A stretch of 60,097 nt of DNA, the filler included, from Squatina squatina (Eukaryota), in the NCBI GenBank assembly GCA_031763465.1. It is 3 parts of 3 records of this genome, joined end to end, with 100 filler letters (N's around TTAATTAATTAA, not from the genome) between each part and the next. Parts side by side here need not be neighbours in the genome. Positions count along the whole stretch, not along the records: positions 22,639 to 47,133 come from JARFOE010000219.1; positions 47,234 to 60,097 come from JARFOE010000192.1; 1 more part is not named here. One strand, 5' to 3'. The notes below the pieces were generated by a model. The model saw only the letters and a program-made list of their open reading frames with translations, did no database searches and was not told the DNA's origin. Below are positions 35,839 to 49,174 of the stretch, one piece after another. Position numbers and translations under genes: made by a program. Position 1 is the first letter of the stretch, and each line of letters starts with the position of its first letter.

Positions 35839-38257
35839 AAAGACCTGCTAAACAGGCAGCCTTCTTCACAAGAATTAGATTATACAGCAGCTCAATGATA
35901 TCATACACAAATGTCCTTGCCCATATTTAAATCCATATCTATTTCTAGGACCCTACGATCATCACAATGCACCACAAACTCACTTTTCTACATTGTCTTC
36001 AGCAACAAGAAGGCCACCCACTTGCAGAATGGGAAGACCCTGCAAACACAACTCTGAGCATAAGCTATAAAATCCTAAAGATTAGGGGAATATGGCAAGA
36101 CCAAACAAGGCGACAAGTTTCACAGTTTTGAGGTTCTGCAGAAGAATGAGTTAAATTTGGAGCCAGTGGATTTAGTTTTTCATTTTGAGCATGAGGCTGT
36201 TGGGACCATGTACTTGGAACTTTGGAGGTGTGTGGGGTTTGGGGCAGTATTAATTTTGTTTTAAATACAAACATTGAGGGTGGAGAAAAGAGAAGTGGTC
36301 ACTCATCCAGTGACTAGCCTTTTCTAGGAAACTCCCTGGGGCTACGTATTGGAGGCTCCCCAGATAAAGGAGTGTCTTCAAAGCTTGCGCCAAGTTGGAT
36401 TTCATAGAAAATTCAGGGGAGCAACAGTGCTTGGCAGCATGTCTTCAGATTAATATTTCTCTTGTGAAATATTCACGGTTTTAGTGTTCGTTTTTCTGGT
36501 TGACCTCCTGTGAAGCGTTCCGATTGAGGGATGCAGCTGAGTGGAGTAATTGCTGAAATAATGAGGTGAANNNNNNNNNNNNNNNNNNNNNNNNNNNNNN
36601 NNNNNNNNNNNNNNNNNNNNNNNNNNNNNNNNNNNNNNNNNNNNNNNNNNNNNNNNNNNNNNNNNNNNNNGCACTGTGGGAGTTCCTTCACCACAAGGAC
36701 TGCAGTGGTTCAAGAAGGCGACTCATCACCACCTTCTCAAGGGCAACTAGGGATGGGCAATAAATGCTGGCCGCGCCAGTGACGCCCACATCCCACGAAC
36801 AAATTAAAAAAAAAGAAACCCCCCATCTTACCAAGCACAAATTGTTATTTTATAATTAGAGCTAATTTTCAGAGGCAGTGTAAGTTCAACATTCGACTAA
36901 TTGTTGCATCCCTAACATGGAGAACCAGGAATTATCAGTTTGACTTTCCCTTCACAATACTAAAACCATTGCCTATTCTAAATACTGGATTTATGATTCA
37001 TTTGAGGATGTGCTTTGTGAGAAATTAAGCTACCCTTCAATTTAAATGTGGAAGAATATTATTCTATAAACTGAAAGTAAAATACAGATGCTCTTGCGTG
37101 TGCTGGAGGCTGCACAATGCATTAGACCTGTGTGTGCTGGAACTGTTTAAAATTCTTGTATTACAATGAGGGGATGAGTTTGATCACCAAGCATCACATA
37201 TCGAATATCAGATCTCCTGTCAGCCATCTCACATAGCATATGTAGTAATCATTAATTTTACAATTCCATTTCATACTTTAAACGCTAATAATACTTCATA
37301 GCAAAAGGAAAACAAACAAACAAAGAACATGACTAAGATCAATGTCTTATGAAATATGAAACACTTGGTACCATCCAGGGACATAACTTGCTTTTGCCAA
37401 CGGCAGTTGTGAGTTATGTGACCTGGCATCACTCAATTATTTATTTTTCATAAACTAGCAATCCCTGTTGTGCATCCTTTATGATTTCTCCACAACAGAA
37501 TAAAACATGTACCCCTAGTATGGCACTGCACCGATGTAAAAAGACTTGAAGGCCAGCAAAGGGTTAATTATACTTCATGAAATATTTATTATGATAGTGG
37601 CTTGAAGAAATGCAACATGATTTGCCCAGTATATCCTCTTGAGAACTGAATTAGTAATGTTGAACCTTGCACAACTTGAACTGAAGCATAGATTGAGCAA
37701 AGCTATCCACCTTCGCTAAAATAAGAAAAGGTCAATTTTTCTCAAATGCAGTCTCATATAAACCTACGACAAGTGCTATGTGGCAAAGGCGAACAACACC
37801 AATGCTCAATGCTCAAGGTGCTGAGTGGCAAATCACATGAAATCCAATGTCAGTGCCATGCTTACAACTAGACCCACATTACATCATAACGTACTAATGC
37901 GTTTCAAGTAGGACAAGACCACGGGCCCCGAAGCGACATGTGTTTTGCAGCAAATTTCTTTGGACTGCTGCCAGCGAGGCAAGCGGCCCAACATTCATCT
38001 TCGTAAAAGGGGCAAACTGCCTGTAGAGGTGCGACAGGGGCCTGCAGCCCACCCAAATAACGGTCAAATTCGAGCCATTTTCCAGCCTCCAGACACGTGC
38101 TCTGTGCAGGGTGCCCATTTCAGGTCCGAAAATGGGCCTAAAGGAATTTCTACCCCTTTAATATATTTGTGCCTGAAAAAAGATGCAGTGATCTGTGTCT
38201 ATGCAATATAAAATAACAGATAAAGGAAGTTCAGACAAATGCTTAAAGTATTCAGAC

Positions 38258-38600
38258 ACTTTTTTATTCAATCACAAAGATAAGGGCATTTCTGCCGAGA
38301 CTGGCATTTATTGCCTATCCATAATTGCCTTTGAGAAGGTGCTGGTGAGCCACCTTCTTGAATCGTTGCAGTCCGTGTGGTGACGGTTCGCCCACAGTGC
38401 TGTTAGGTAGGGAGTTCCTAAATTTTGACCCAGCGACGATGAAGGAACGGCGATATATTTACAAGTCAGGATAGTGTGTGACTTGGAGGGGAACCTGCAG
38501 GTGATGGCACTCCCATGCACCTGCTGCCATTGTCCTTCTAGGTGGCAGAGATCACAGGTTTGGGAGTTGCTGCCATGATTTTCTGCAGTGCGTCCTGTAG
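38258..38600 (-). mobile_element. Non-LTR retrotransposon 3' end with AATAAA and A-rich tail (clade not determined)
   Basis: Minus strand ctcaccagcaccttctcaaaggcaattatggataggcaataaatgcc matches plus-strand copies at 36671-36815 and 3702-3790. Confidence 0.75.
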
Positions 38601-39904
38601 ATAACACACATNNNNNNNNNNNNNNNNNNNNNNNNNNNNNNNNNNNNNNNNNNNNNNNNNNNNNNNNNNNNNNNNNNNNNNNNNNNNNNNNNNNNNNNNN
38701 NNNNNNNNNNNNNNNNNNNNNNNNNNNNNNNNNNNNNNNNNNNNNNNNNNNNNNNNNNNNNNNNNNNNNNNNNNNNNNNNNNNNNNNNNNNNNNNNNNNN
38801 NNNNNNNNNNNNNNNNNNNNNNNNNNNNNNNNNNNNNNNNNNNNNNNNNNNNNNNNNNNNNNNNNNNNNNNNNNNNNNNNNNNNNNNNNNNNNNNNNNNN
38901 NNNNNNNNNNNNNNNNNNNNNNNNNNNNNNNNNNNNNNNNNNNNNNNNNNNNNNNNNNNNNNNNNNNNNNNNNNNNNNNNNNNNNNNNNNNNNNNNNNNN
39001 NNNNNNNNNNNNNNNNNNNNNNNNNNNNNNNNNNNNNNNNNNNNNNNNNNNNNNNNNNNNNNNNNNNNNNNNNNNNNNNNNNNNNNNNNNNNNNNNNNNN
39101 NNNNNNNNNNNNNNNNNNNNNNNNNNNNNNNNNNNNNNNNNNNNNNNNNNNNNNNNNNNNNNNNNNNNNNNNNNNNNNNNNNNNNNNNNNNNNNNNNNNN
39201 NNNNNNNNNNNNNNNNNNNNNNNNNNNNNNNNNNNNNNNNNNNNNNNNNNNNNNNNNNNNNNNNNNNNNNNNNNNNNNNNNNNNNNNNNNNNNNNNNNNN
39301 NNNNNNNNNNNNNNNNNNNNNNNNNNNNNNNNNNNNNNNNNNNNNNNNNNNNNNNNNNNNNNNNNNNNNNNNNNNNNNNNNNNNNNNNNNNNNNNNNNNN
39401 NNNNNNNNNNNNNNNNNNNNNNNNNNNNNNNNNNNNNNNNNNNNNNNNNNNNNNNNNNNNNNNNNNNNNNNNNNNNNNNNNNNNNNNNNNNNNNNNNNNN
39501 NNNNNNNNNNNNNNNNNNNNNNNNNNNNNNNNNNNNNNAACTACAAACTCTTACTTTTTATTAATGGAGTATTTACAAGAAAAACTTATTTTACTTTATA
39601 TAGTATTAACTAGCAACTGGAAACATTTATGCGCTACTTACCAATCAACTCCCTCCCTCGTGCCGACGTCACTTTTTAAATCTGACGGCACGCTTTCAAA
39701 CTGTGCTTGTGCTCTCACTCTGCTTTATCTCCACTCTGCTCCCGCTGTGTTTCTTGCAGGTCCACTGCTCCTGCTCTGCCAGATATATATAGAAATATAT
39801 ATAGATATATATTTTTTTAAATGGTAATATACAAATAAAGTTGAAATAAAAATGTTTTTGCCATATGGTTTCATTCCATTAGGGTAATTGGCAATATTTA
39901 AAGT

Positions 39905-40177
39905 TATTGGTAAAAGAACCAGAGGCAAGATGAGGGGAAATATTTTTATGTAATGAGTAGTTATGATCTGAAATACACTGTCTGAAAGGATGGTGGAAGC
40001 AAATTCAATAATAACTTTCAGAAGGAAATTGGATAAATATTTGAAGGAGAAAAATTTGCAGGGCTATTGGAAAAGCGCAAGGGGGTAGGATTAATTTGAT
40101 AGCTCTTTCAAAGAGCCATCATAGACACAATAGGCCGAATGGCCTACTTCTGTGCTGTATTATTCTATGATTCTATG
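39905..40177 (+). mobile_element. CR1 LINE 3' end, second subfamily
   Basis: gatagctctttcaaagagcc...ggccgaatggcct...ttctatgattctatg tail; a short related copy lies at about 17155-17278. Confidence 0.85.
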
Positions 40178-41499
40178 AAATAACCAAGTGCGCCAATATG
40201 ACTTTAGCATTTAACAAAATGAATGTGCATATTCAAATGTATTTTGGTTTATGGTTCATCTTCCTGCTCCACCTTCTTTCACTGTCCTCCCTCTGGAACA
40301 CATGAAAAGAAGGTTCTACAATTTTCTCCACAGTTTGACATTGCATGTCCATTTTTAACTTATATATATGTTCCAAAATATCATCCGAGCCTAAATAATG
40401 ATAGATTGGGTGGTACTGCAGTCTGGAGAGATGCAGCCTCTATGATGTGAAACTTAGTGTGGCCTTTATGTCAACAAACATGATGGAACAATTGAAGCAG
40501 GGCACTTTGATCAATAATTAATCTTAACATTAAAAAGCATTTCCTTTGCTCGACAGAGGATTCCATGAGTCACAAGGAATAATTGTCCTTCTTTACCAAT
40601 CATAGTTTTTAATTCTACTGTTATAACAAAATCTTCTTGAGCGCTTCAACAAAAGCTAAGCATTGGCAAATTAATCATAAATTAAATAGACTAGTCTCTG
40701 TAGAATAACAACAATGTGACATCCTGGCATGTTTATAATATTAGATAATTCATAACATTTGTACACGGGTGAGTGACTTGTGCAAAATGTTTACATTCAT
40801 CCACTATCATTTCATTTAGAAAACATATATAAATCAATGATTAAATCAGGTGATAATTACAATTATGTAATTAGCTTTGGTCATTGTAGCTACACAATTA
40901 GCAAAGTATGTTACTCGCAAAATCCCCTCTCCATTTCACATCCATAATAATAAGCATTGCAAATTTAGTTTTGTTCACCATCAGAAATCAATAGATTTCT
41001 ACTGGTCAGGTACAATTTTCCAGACAAGATCATGTATTCGCAGTGCAAGAGCTCTCAGCCCCAAAAGAAATGTTTCTGTTTTTGAACTGAAGCAATCTAA
41101 GCCCTTCTGACTCTCATCTGTTTTATCTTCATGTACTTCAAATATCCCAAGTAAGTCAGGCATGAAACTTTTTAATGTCTTCATTTTTAATCAGATCCAT
41201 GATTAACTCAAACCCTTTGGTGTTCTTTTTGAGATACTTTGCTTCAGAGAATGGCTGCTCTTGCTGATTTTGTTTTCCCTGTCTGAGCTGCCATGCTGTG
41301 CTGCCACATAGTGCTTGTTCAAAGGACCTGTTTGAGAACACTTGATGGCTCTCTTTGCATGTTAATATTTGTTTGTAAGTGAGCCATGAGATATTCTCTA
41401 TCGCTTTTCAATAAAAATATGTCAATGGCTAACAGTATATGAGTATAGTGAGTAGTGTTTAGAGTGAAATGAGGTCCCCGGCGTAATTAATATTCTTTA

Positions 41500-41858
41500 A
41501 TTTAGAGAAAGTAAAGAGAGTCATTTAAGGGTAAGTCATGGCAGGACAGCTCAGCCGCATGGAGTGCTCCTCCTGTGCAATGCGGGAAGTCAGGGACACT
41601 TCCAGTGTCCAGGGCGAACACGTGTGTAGGAGTACAAAACAGTGGGAGTTCAAAACAGCGGCAGCAGCGAGGCCCAGCACCAGTCCAGGCGGTGGACCTG
41701 CAAGGGAGCGGGAGGGGCTGAGCAGGAGTACAAAACAGCGATGGCAGCGAGGCCATCTCACAGATCAGCAGCAGCGTTCCAGAGGCACGTCACGATTCAA
41801 AAAGTGACACGGGCAAGAGGAAGCAGTGGATTGGGTGAGTATGGCCAGGTAAGTATTT
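41500..41858 (+). mobile_element. CR1 LINE 5' region: ORF1 start plus 5' UTR-like sequence
   Basis: MAGQLSRMECSSCAMREVRDTSSVQGEHVCR resembles the zinc-finger N-terminus of fish CR1 ORF1 (CxxC...HxCxxC); direct repeat GGAGTACAAAACAG near 41629 and 41725. Confidence 0.65.
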
Positions 41859-44800
41859 NNNNNNNNNNNNNNNNNNNNNNNNNNNNNNNNNNNNNNNNNN
41901 NNNNNNNNNNNNNNNNNNTTTGAAAAAAATATTTGCGAATCAATGTGAACGGCATCGATCGTTCCTGTTCTCCTCCTTTGTGACAATTTGTCGGTTGGTG
42001 CCTTTGCTGCTCTGGGCTGTCCGCTGACATCAGAGGGCTTTAAGTCAAGACTAATGGTAAAGTCTTTGTCCCAGGTGGTTGCTGGGTATTGTTTGAAGTT
42101 ACTGATTGGTGTGAGACCTGATATCCCTGACTAGCAGCATGGGGTCCAAAGCACAACATATGCTTTCTGCTCGCTAGATTTGTTTCTAATAATAAAATAG
42201 GATTTCTTTTCAATTTTAGACCCGGTCCTCATGTGTGCCATCATTCATCAATCAAACCAATGCTGCTGGCCTGATGGAAAATAATATTTTATTCAGAAAA
42301 CAATGATTGTGCAATCCTGATAGGTGCTATTTTATATTCAATGAAACTGTGCACACATATATTAACACATAGAAGTCTCAAAGACCCATGGTCTGCGATC
42401 CTGGCACTTACGCCGATGTTAGCAGGTTCAGCAAGAGGACACCTCATTTGTATGCAGGCGACAAACTCCCACAGCATGACAGGTACATCTCTGACACCCG
42501 CTTGCACCATGCAGGTGGAAAATATGGTGTCTAACAACCACTGGGGGTCTGGATAAGGGAAGGGGTTGTTTCAGGCTCTCCCAAACCCCAAAGAATCCTC
42601 CCCACACCTCAACTTCCCCTATATGGGGCGGGGATCCCAATTTCCAAAGATAGTCTAATCTCCAAGAGGACTACTTCCATCCATCTGGAGCCAATATGCT
42701 TCACCTCAATGGGCGAGCCAACCTCCATTATTACGCCAGGTCCTGACTGACCTGGAAAAGTGGGAACCCCTGGCGTAGGGAGTCCCTGCCCCTGGTTCTG
42801 TCCCTAAGGCTGATCCTGACATGATTTGTCTTGTAAGGAGTAGGCAGAAGTCCCTCCCCTTGTAAGTCTGTGCTCCATAACCNNNNNNNNNNNNNNNNNN
42901 NNNNNNNNNNNNNNNNNNNNNNNNNNNNNNNNNNNNNNNNNNNNNNNNNNNNNNNNNNNNNNNNNNNNNNNNNNNNNNNNNNNNNNNNNNNNNNNNNNNN
43001 NNNNNNNNNNNNNNNNNNNNNNNNNNNNNNNNNNNNNNNNNNNNNNNNNNNNNNNNNNNNNNNNNNNNNNNNNNNNNNNNNNNNNNNNNNNNNNNNNNNN
43101 NNNNNNNNNNNNNNNNNNNNNNNNNNNNNNNNNNNNNNNNNNNNNNNNNNNNNNNNNNNNNNNNNNNNNNNNNNNNNNNNNNNNNNNNNNNNNNNNNNNN
43201 NNNNNNNNNNNNNNNNNNNNNNNNNNNNNNNNNNNNNNNNNNNNNNNNNNNNNNNNNNNNNNNNNNNNNNNNNNNNNNNNNNNNNNNNNNNNNNNNNNNN
43301 NNNNNNNNNNNNNNNNNNNNNNNNNNNNNNNNNNNNNNNNNNNNNNNNNNNNNNNNNNNNNNNNNNNNNNNNNNNNNNNNNNNNNNNNNNNNNNNNNNNN
43401 NNNNNNNNNNNNNNNNNNNNNNNNNNNNNNNNNNNNNNNNNNNNNNNNNNNNNNNNNNNNNNNNNNNNNNNNNNNNNNNNNNNNNNNNNNNNNNNNNNNN
43501 NNNNNNNNNNNNNNNNNNNNNNNNNNNNNNNNNNNNNNNNNNNNNNNNNNNNNNNNNNNNNNNNNNNNNNNNNNNNNNNNNNNNNNNNNNNNNNNNNNNN
43601 NNNNNNNNNNNNNNNNNNNNNNNNNNNNNNNNNNNNNNNNNNNNNNNNNNNNNNNNNNNNNNNNNNNNNNNNNNNNNNNNNNNNNNNNNNNNNNNNNNNN
43701 NNNNNNNNNNNNNNNNNNNNNNNNNNNNNNNNNNNNNNNNNNNNNNNTAAAGTGAGCAAAGAGAGTTAGATACTACTGCTTTGAGTTCATAACCGGGCCA
43801 GTATAACTCCAGCCCAATGTGAAACCACACTTCAAAAGCACTCAGGCAGTCCATTGCACCTGCTGGGGGCGTTTGAAGATTATTTTCAATCTTTTTAATG
43901 CTAGGTAAAAGCTGACATTTCTAGCCACACTCTGCTAACATTAAAAAATTAGCAGCCGGGGGAACAAAGCTCTGCTTATGCTTCCCAAGCATGCATGTTC
44001 CTTTGTTAGTGACCTCCGTGTGACCTGCATCATGGTACCTCTGACAGCAGAACTGGGATCTGTCTGGCAGAGGTTCACACCATACAGATATTGGTCTGAG
44101 ACCTTAACTGGAGTACACATACAGCCCAAACTGCTTGAACCTTGATTTTGGGGGTTGTACCATCATCAGAACACTGTGAGTACATTACAGCCATTCAACA
44201 ATATTCTGTTCTATATGATGTGACAGCATCGATAGGAAATGCATCACTTCGCTTCTTAACAATCCACAAATAAGACTTACAATGTTGAGACCGAACACAA
44301 TGTGATACCTCTAAAAACATATTTCCTGTCTACATTTATATAACAAACTTTTTTTTTTACAAAAATGTACAATTTTGTACATTATTTTAATACTCGGCTG
44401 TATTTTGTTTTGCAAGTTTGCAATTTTAATGTACCTGAAGGCATTTGGTCCCATGCACTGAAATTGCTCATCGAGGTGGTATTGAAGCCTCTGAGTTTGG
44501 CTGCTTAGGAGTTACCAGCACCATTCACACTCCAGGATCCTCGCCGCTCTGAGGTATATTTACAGTGAAATGCGCTGCTCCTGCCAACTGATGCACCAGC
44601 CACATGTGCCAACTAGTTGCATGAGATGAAACTAGGTAGCCAAACTCCCTTGTAATGACTGAGGGTGCAAGAGGTACGACAATTGTAATTCTAATGGTAA
44701 AGCTGAAGCTGGGAAAGCTTGACACTGAGGTGGGGAGCGAATGGTCATGGCAATGATACAAGTGGTAAATAAAGAAGCAAATATCGACAAAAATTAAAAA

Positions 44801-45046
44801 GTGAAGGGAAGAAACAGAATCTTTGAAGTGTAGTCACTGTTGTAATGTGGGAAATGCGGCAGCCAATTTGCGCACAGCAAGCTCCCACAAACAGCAATGT
44901 GATNNNNNNNNNNNNNNNNNNNNNNNNNNNNNNNNNNNNNNNNNNNNNNNNNNNNNNNNNNNNNNNNNNNNNNNNNNNNNNNNNNNNNNNNNNNNNNNNN
45001 NNNATGGCATCATTCTGAGAAAAAGACATGAAGAAATCATTCTTAC

Positions 45047-45110
45047 CTTTGCTGTCCAGGTAAGATCATTGAACTTTTTCTGACACTGTAGCCACATCCT
45101 TGACATCATG
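45047..45110 (-). pseudogene. Harbinger-associated Myb/SANT-like (NAIF1-type) exon fragment
   Basis: RMWLQCQKKFNDLTWTAK|gtaag resembles helix 3 (RTxxQCxKKxxDL) of Harbinger DNA-binding proteins. Confidence 0.6.
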
Positions 45111-46743
45111 CTAACATTGGACCGGCATCCTGATCACTCCACCCATCACCCACCCAATGAGCATCCCACTTGAAAATCGATCCCTAAATGTCTTCCTAAG
45201 GCAGCATCTCATATTGTTGGTGCCTATTTTCAGGCTTGTTTGGAAATGTAATGCTCATTCAGCAACTCTTAGTATTAGAGGATTGACAACCTGTCCTACA
45301 CCAATTATATTGGGTTTTCATCCTGACGTAGATTTGAAAAACAAGATACTTGCTGTCTATTAGTTAGATATCAGAACATCTTGAAAGTAGCACATATTTA
45401 CCTCATGTCTCTTCCCCCTCAAAAATACAATGTAAGGAATAACTAAACTTTCAGCTCAAGCCTACAGCTACATTTTTAAATAAGGTATTTGCTATGTAGC
45501 TGTCCTGGTGGGTAAATGACACTGTTGTAGTACTGGGCCACATAGAACAGGAAGGTCTCAGATTTAATTCCCAGTTTTATATCAGCCAAGGTGAGATTAG
45601 CACAGTACAATTGGTTTCAGTTCCCTGGGCTGGGATAAGGATGAATCAGTAAAGGTTCCTGCTCATGATCAATCTTTAACTCTGAAAGATAGTGCATTTA
45701 GACAGGTTATTTGACTATGGTGGACATCCTGCATCCCAATCCTGCGCATAAGCATTTTCTAACAGAGATTAGAAGCAGGAGCTCAAGCTATTTTTTCATT
45801 CCCTAGCCCAGGGATGCTAAAGATATTTAAGAAAGCTACAAAAAAAAATGTCTTTAGTGTCATTTTGCTTCAACCAGTCAAACTGTTTTGTCTGTCACAT
45901 CACTCATCCTAGTGACTTAAACATTTTGATTAAAAAAATTAGGAATATTGCCAAAGTACTTTTCATAGGATACCATTGACCAAGGTACACAAATGCTCCC
46001 ATATTGTTAATTACCCTCAGTGCTACAAAGATAAGAGCATTTTTCTACAGTTAAATATACTCCACTTTGCCATGCTAAAGTACATTCCCCAGGGGAAAAG
46101 CTGCGAGTGCATTCTCTATAAAACAATCCACTGTAAATATATGTGTTGCTCAGTGTGAGATCATAAATATATAGGACATAGAGTTTCCCTGTAATTAACT
46201 GTAAATTATTTCTCGAGTATATCTTCATTAATGACTTTGCAAATCTCAGCTAAAAATGGTAAGAATTTCAAACTAAATTGTATTTAAATGGTTCATAAAA
46301 TAAAATCACCGCTAGCAGAAAGTAAGTTCACGGTTGTAATCTCTTTGGGGTTCAAATGACATTCATAAATTGCTGAAGTTTCACCTTCATGGTTTATGAG
46401 ATCATCTAAACCTCTCAATTAGATTATAACCTTGTAACTTGATCTGTGCTATCCATGAGTCTATATATAGATACAATATATGCATTGGAGCTGTGTAGCA
46501 ACGAACTATATAGTTTGTAGGAGAAGTGGAAGATCACAGCCTGCAAGTGATTAATTCACAAATGAGTTATAGAAATGGGTATGCAAATATATTCAGTCCA
46601 ATTCAAATTCAGATTTTGAGGGCAAAGATTTTATTTGAACTCAAATCCAGTATCCAAGTTAAAAACAAGATTGTACATGTGCTTGCAAACTTCTGCTTAT
46701 CTATCAGAGATTTGGGCTGAAGTTTACACTACACTACAAGAAG

Positions 46744-47133
46744 GTGGGATCGGTTGATAGTACTCTTGCTCTGAGTCAGAAGGCTGTGAGTTCAAACCTC
46801 GCTCTAGGATTTGCGTGCATATCTAACCTGACACTTCAATATACTGCTGCATTGTCTGACATGCTGTCTTTTGGATGAGATGTTAAATCAAGGCCCCATC
46901 TGGTGGCTCAGAATCTAAAATATTTCATGGCACTATTTGAAGAAGAATAGGGAATTCTCCAGATGTCTGAACTATCTTTTCTCCTTCACCCAACAGCAGC
47001 AAAAACAGACTTCATTCATTTGCTGTTTGTAGGACTTTACTGCATGAAAATCAGTTGCTTTGTTTACCGACATTTCAAAAGTAATTCATTGGCTGTGAAG
47101 TGTTTTAGGACATCCTGGGGACATGAAAAGGTT
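46744..47133 (+). mobile_element. SacSINE1-like SINE, diverged copy
   Basis: ctctgagtcagaaggctgtgagttcaaacc head; tgtcttttggatgagatgttaaa core; ttggctgtgaagtgttttaggacatcctg tail. Further fragments at 31128-31260, 44820-44903 and 51669-51765 (minus). Confidence 0.8.
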
Positions 47134-47233
47134 NNNNNNNNNNNNNNNNNNNNNNNNNNNNNNNNNNNNNNNNNNNNTTAATTAATTAANNNNNNNNNNN
47201 NNNNNNNNNNNNNNNNNNNNNNNNNNNNNNNNN
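47134..47233. other. Synthetic scaffold spacer (44N + TTAATTAATTAA + 44N)
   Basis: Same layout; 12-mer at 47178-47189. Confidence 0.95.
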
Positions 47234-48629
47234 AACAAGCGTAAGAAATTTCAAGAGATCCCCAGCAGAAAACTTTGCAAAAATATCACAAAGTTCTGTG
47301 CTGGGGATGGACTTCGCAGCCTCGGTGTTGGATCTGTCCAGAAGTTTCTGGACAGGTCACAAATGCTAGTTATGTGGGCTTACGATTGACTGGCTTTTGC
47401 GATGCCTCCCCGGGTGCGTGGGAACATCGCAATTTCAGGCCCATTGTATTTTAGCCCATTCGTAGCTGTTGAAGATGGAGATGATATTATGCAAGTCGGT
47501 TGAAAATAAGCAGGCCCCTCAAGTTACGTATTTCCGTTTTGTATCCCACAATCAATTAATTGATCTTGCCCATTGATCTTGATGGCGTGACTAAAAGTTT
47601 GAGAGCGGTGCTTCACAAAAGTCATGCAGTGCCCCTGTTCCTATATCATCTGAATATCACACGTGTAGGTTACTCCCCAGCATTCTTTTTCTGTTGGCTG
47701 CAGAGTCTCCTTCTGGGTATCACTTTGTTTCTGCCGATGGGCCGTTGCAGCCTTTGTTCCTTTTTTGCCAGACATTTTTAAGGAGTTTGAAGGCAAAGTC
47801 TTTCCCTTTTACAAACTTCTAGCATAACTGCAGCGTATTTACTCAGTCCATAATGTCACACAGGTATGAGCGTCGCGAGTTGGTTTCCAGAATGAGAACA
47901 TGTCACTCAGCAGGTAAGAGAGAATGAAAACTACCAATCATGAAGTTCCACAAACCATGAATGAAAATTGAGTAGTCAGCAGCAGCTACTCAAACTTTCC
48001 AAATTCCTCTGCTGGAGATTTCTACGCCTTCCTACCAGTCACATATTACCACCTCCTGCTCCTGCAACAGTGTAATCTCGGACTCACTATGAGCAGATGA
48101 ACCATGAGCAGTTTAACTGGAGATCTCATTGATACATCTGTCACATTCAAGGTGTTGCATTCCCACACATTCACGTTTATGTGCTGCACTCTTTTTTTTA
48201 AAAAAAAAAGGTGTTGGAGAGAGAACCATCATTTCCGATGTACTTCAGAACTTCCCTGCTAGAAGAAACTAGCTTCTAATTGACTTTGAGCATAACATTT
48301 AAAGAACATGTTAAAAACACGTAATTCACCTGGGATCTGTTAAAGAACAATTAGTTGCTAATTGACCCAGAAGGGCATAGCACTCGCGCCTTGTGGCCCT
48401 AAGGGATAACACCACCTTTACATTTAAAAGCAGTAATGTTGGGAAGAATCATCAAATACAACACTGTACTGAGTAGAGCTAAGGATGTGAATGATCGTGT
48501 TCCCTGTTTCAATGGCTTTTTGTTATATTATTGAGATTTTGCTGTGTTTTGTACAAAGTAATTTAATGTATGCTGGAATCAAACATTCAAACATTTTTAA
48601 CTTTTTAATTATTTTTTCCATGAATAAAG

Positions 48630-48925
48630 TTGCTGAAGTTAATCAGACCGCCAAGTTTGCAGATTTGTACAAAGTGCCTGAGCAGACACCTGAGCATCCC
48701 TCATCCAGACTTAAAACTATGCAGAACACTACTGTGACCCCACTGGATATAAATCGGTTCCAGAGTAAAGCCTTTCAGTTGGTCTTATCTCAGCAAAATA
48801 AAACAGACACAACAGCGGCAGGAGTAGGAGTACCCAGTCAGCAGAAAGAAACCAATTTGCCTCTTGACACACCTTCAAAATTCCTGTGCAAGGACAAGCT
48901 CTTCAAGCCATCATTTGATGTTCAG
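48630..48925 (+). CDS. TOPBP1: DNA topoisomerase II-binding protein 1, exon between BRCT5 and BRCT6
   Basis: TPLDINRFQSKAF...[21 protein letters not shown]|gtacca matches human TPLDMNRFQSKAF...[21 protein letters not shown] (recalled). Acceptor aataaag at 48629; an in-frame alternative tttgcag lies at 48662. Confidence 0.92.
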
Positions 48926-49000
48926 GTACCAGCATATTCTTGATCTGATGCAGGACAGATTAAAAGGGGTTGCATGAATATAAGGAGACAGTGCAATTGT

Positions 49001-49174
49001 TAACTTTTTGTAATGAGCACAGTTGGGATGGATAACAATTTATACATATCAAGCGAACATTGGAGTTAACATTTCAGGTGTGGAATCTTAATTAACTTTG
49101 CAATAAGCACAGTTAGGACGGATATCAATTTATACATATTGGACGAACTTTGGAGTGAACATTTCAGGTGTGGA
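49001..49174 (+). repeat. Two-copy tandem duplication, period about 90 bp
   Basis: agcacagtt...caatttatacatat...aacatttcaggtgtgga occurs twice (atttcaggtg at 49071 and 49161) with scattered substitutions. Confidence 0.9.

Noticed and set aside
38588-43854. Long ORFs of 300-380 aa in the supplied track
   Set aside because: They consist almost entirely of X from N runs; most other X-containing ORFs are likewise gap read-throughs.
47640-47810. Short minus-strand ORFs (MSGKKGTKAAT..., MLEVCKREK...)
   Set aside because: About 50 aa or less, no recognisable homology, and contiguous with a TOPBP1 intron.
49001-49174. CRISPR-like array
   Set aside because: Only two diverged 90-bp units with no unique spacers, inside a eukaryotic intron, with no cas genes.
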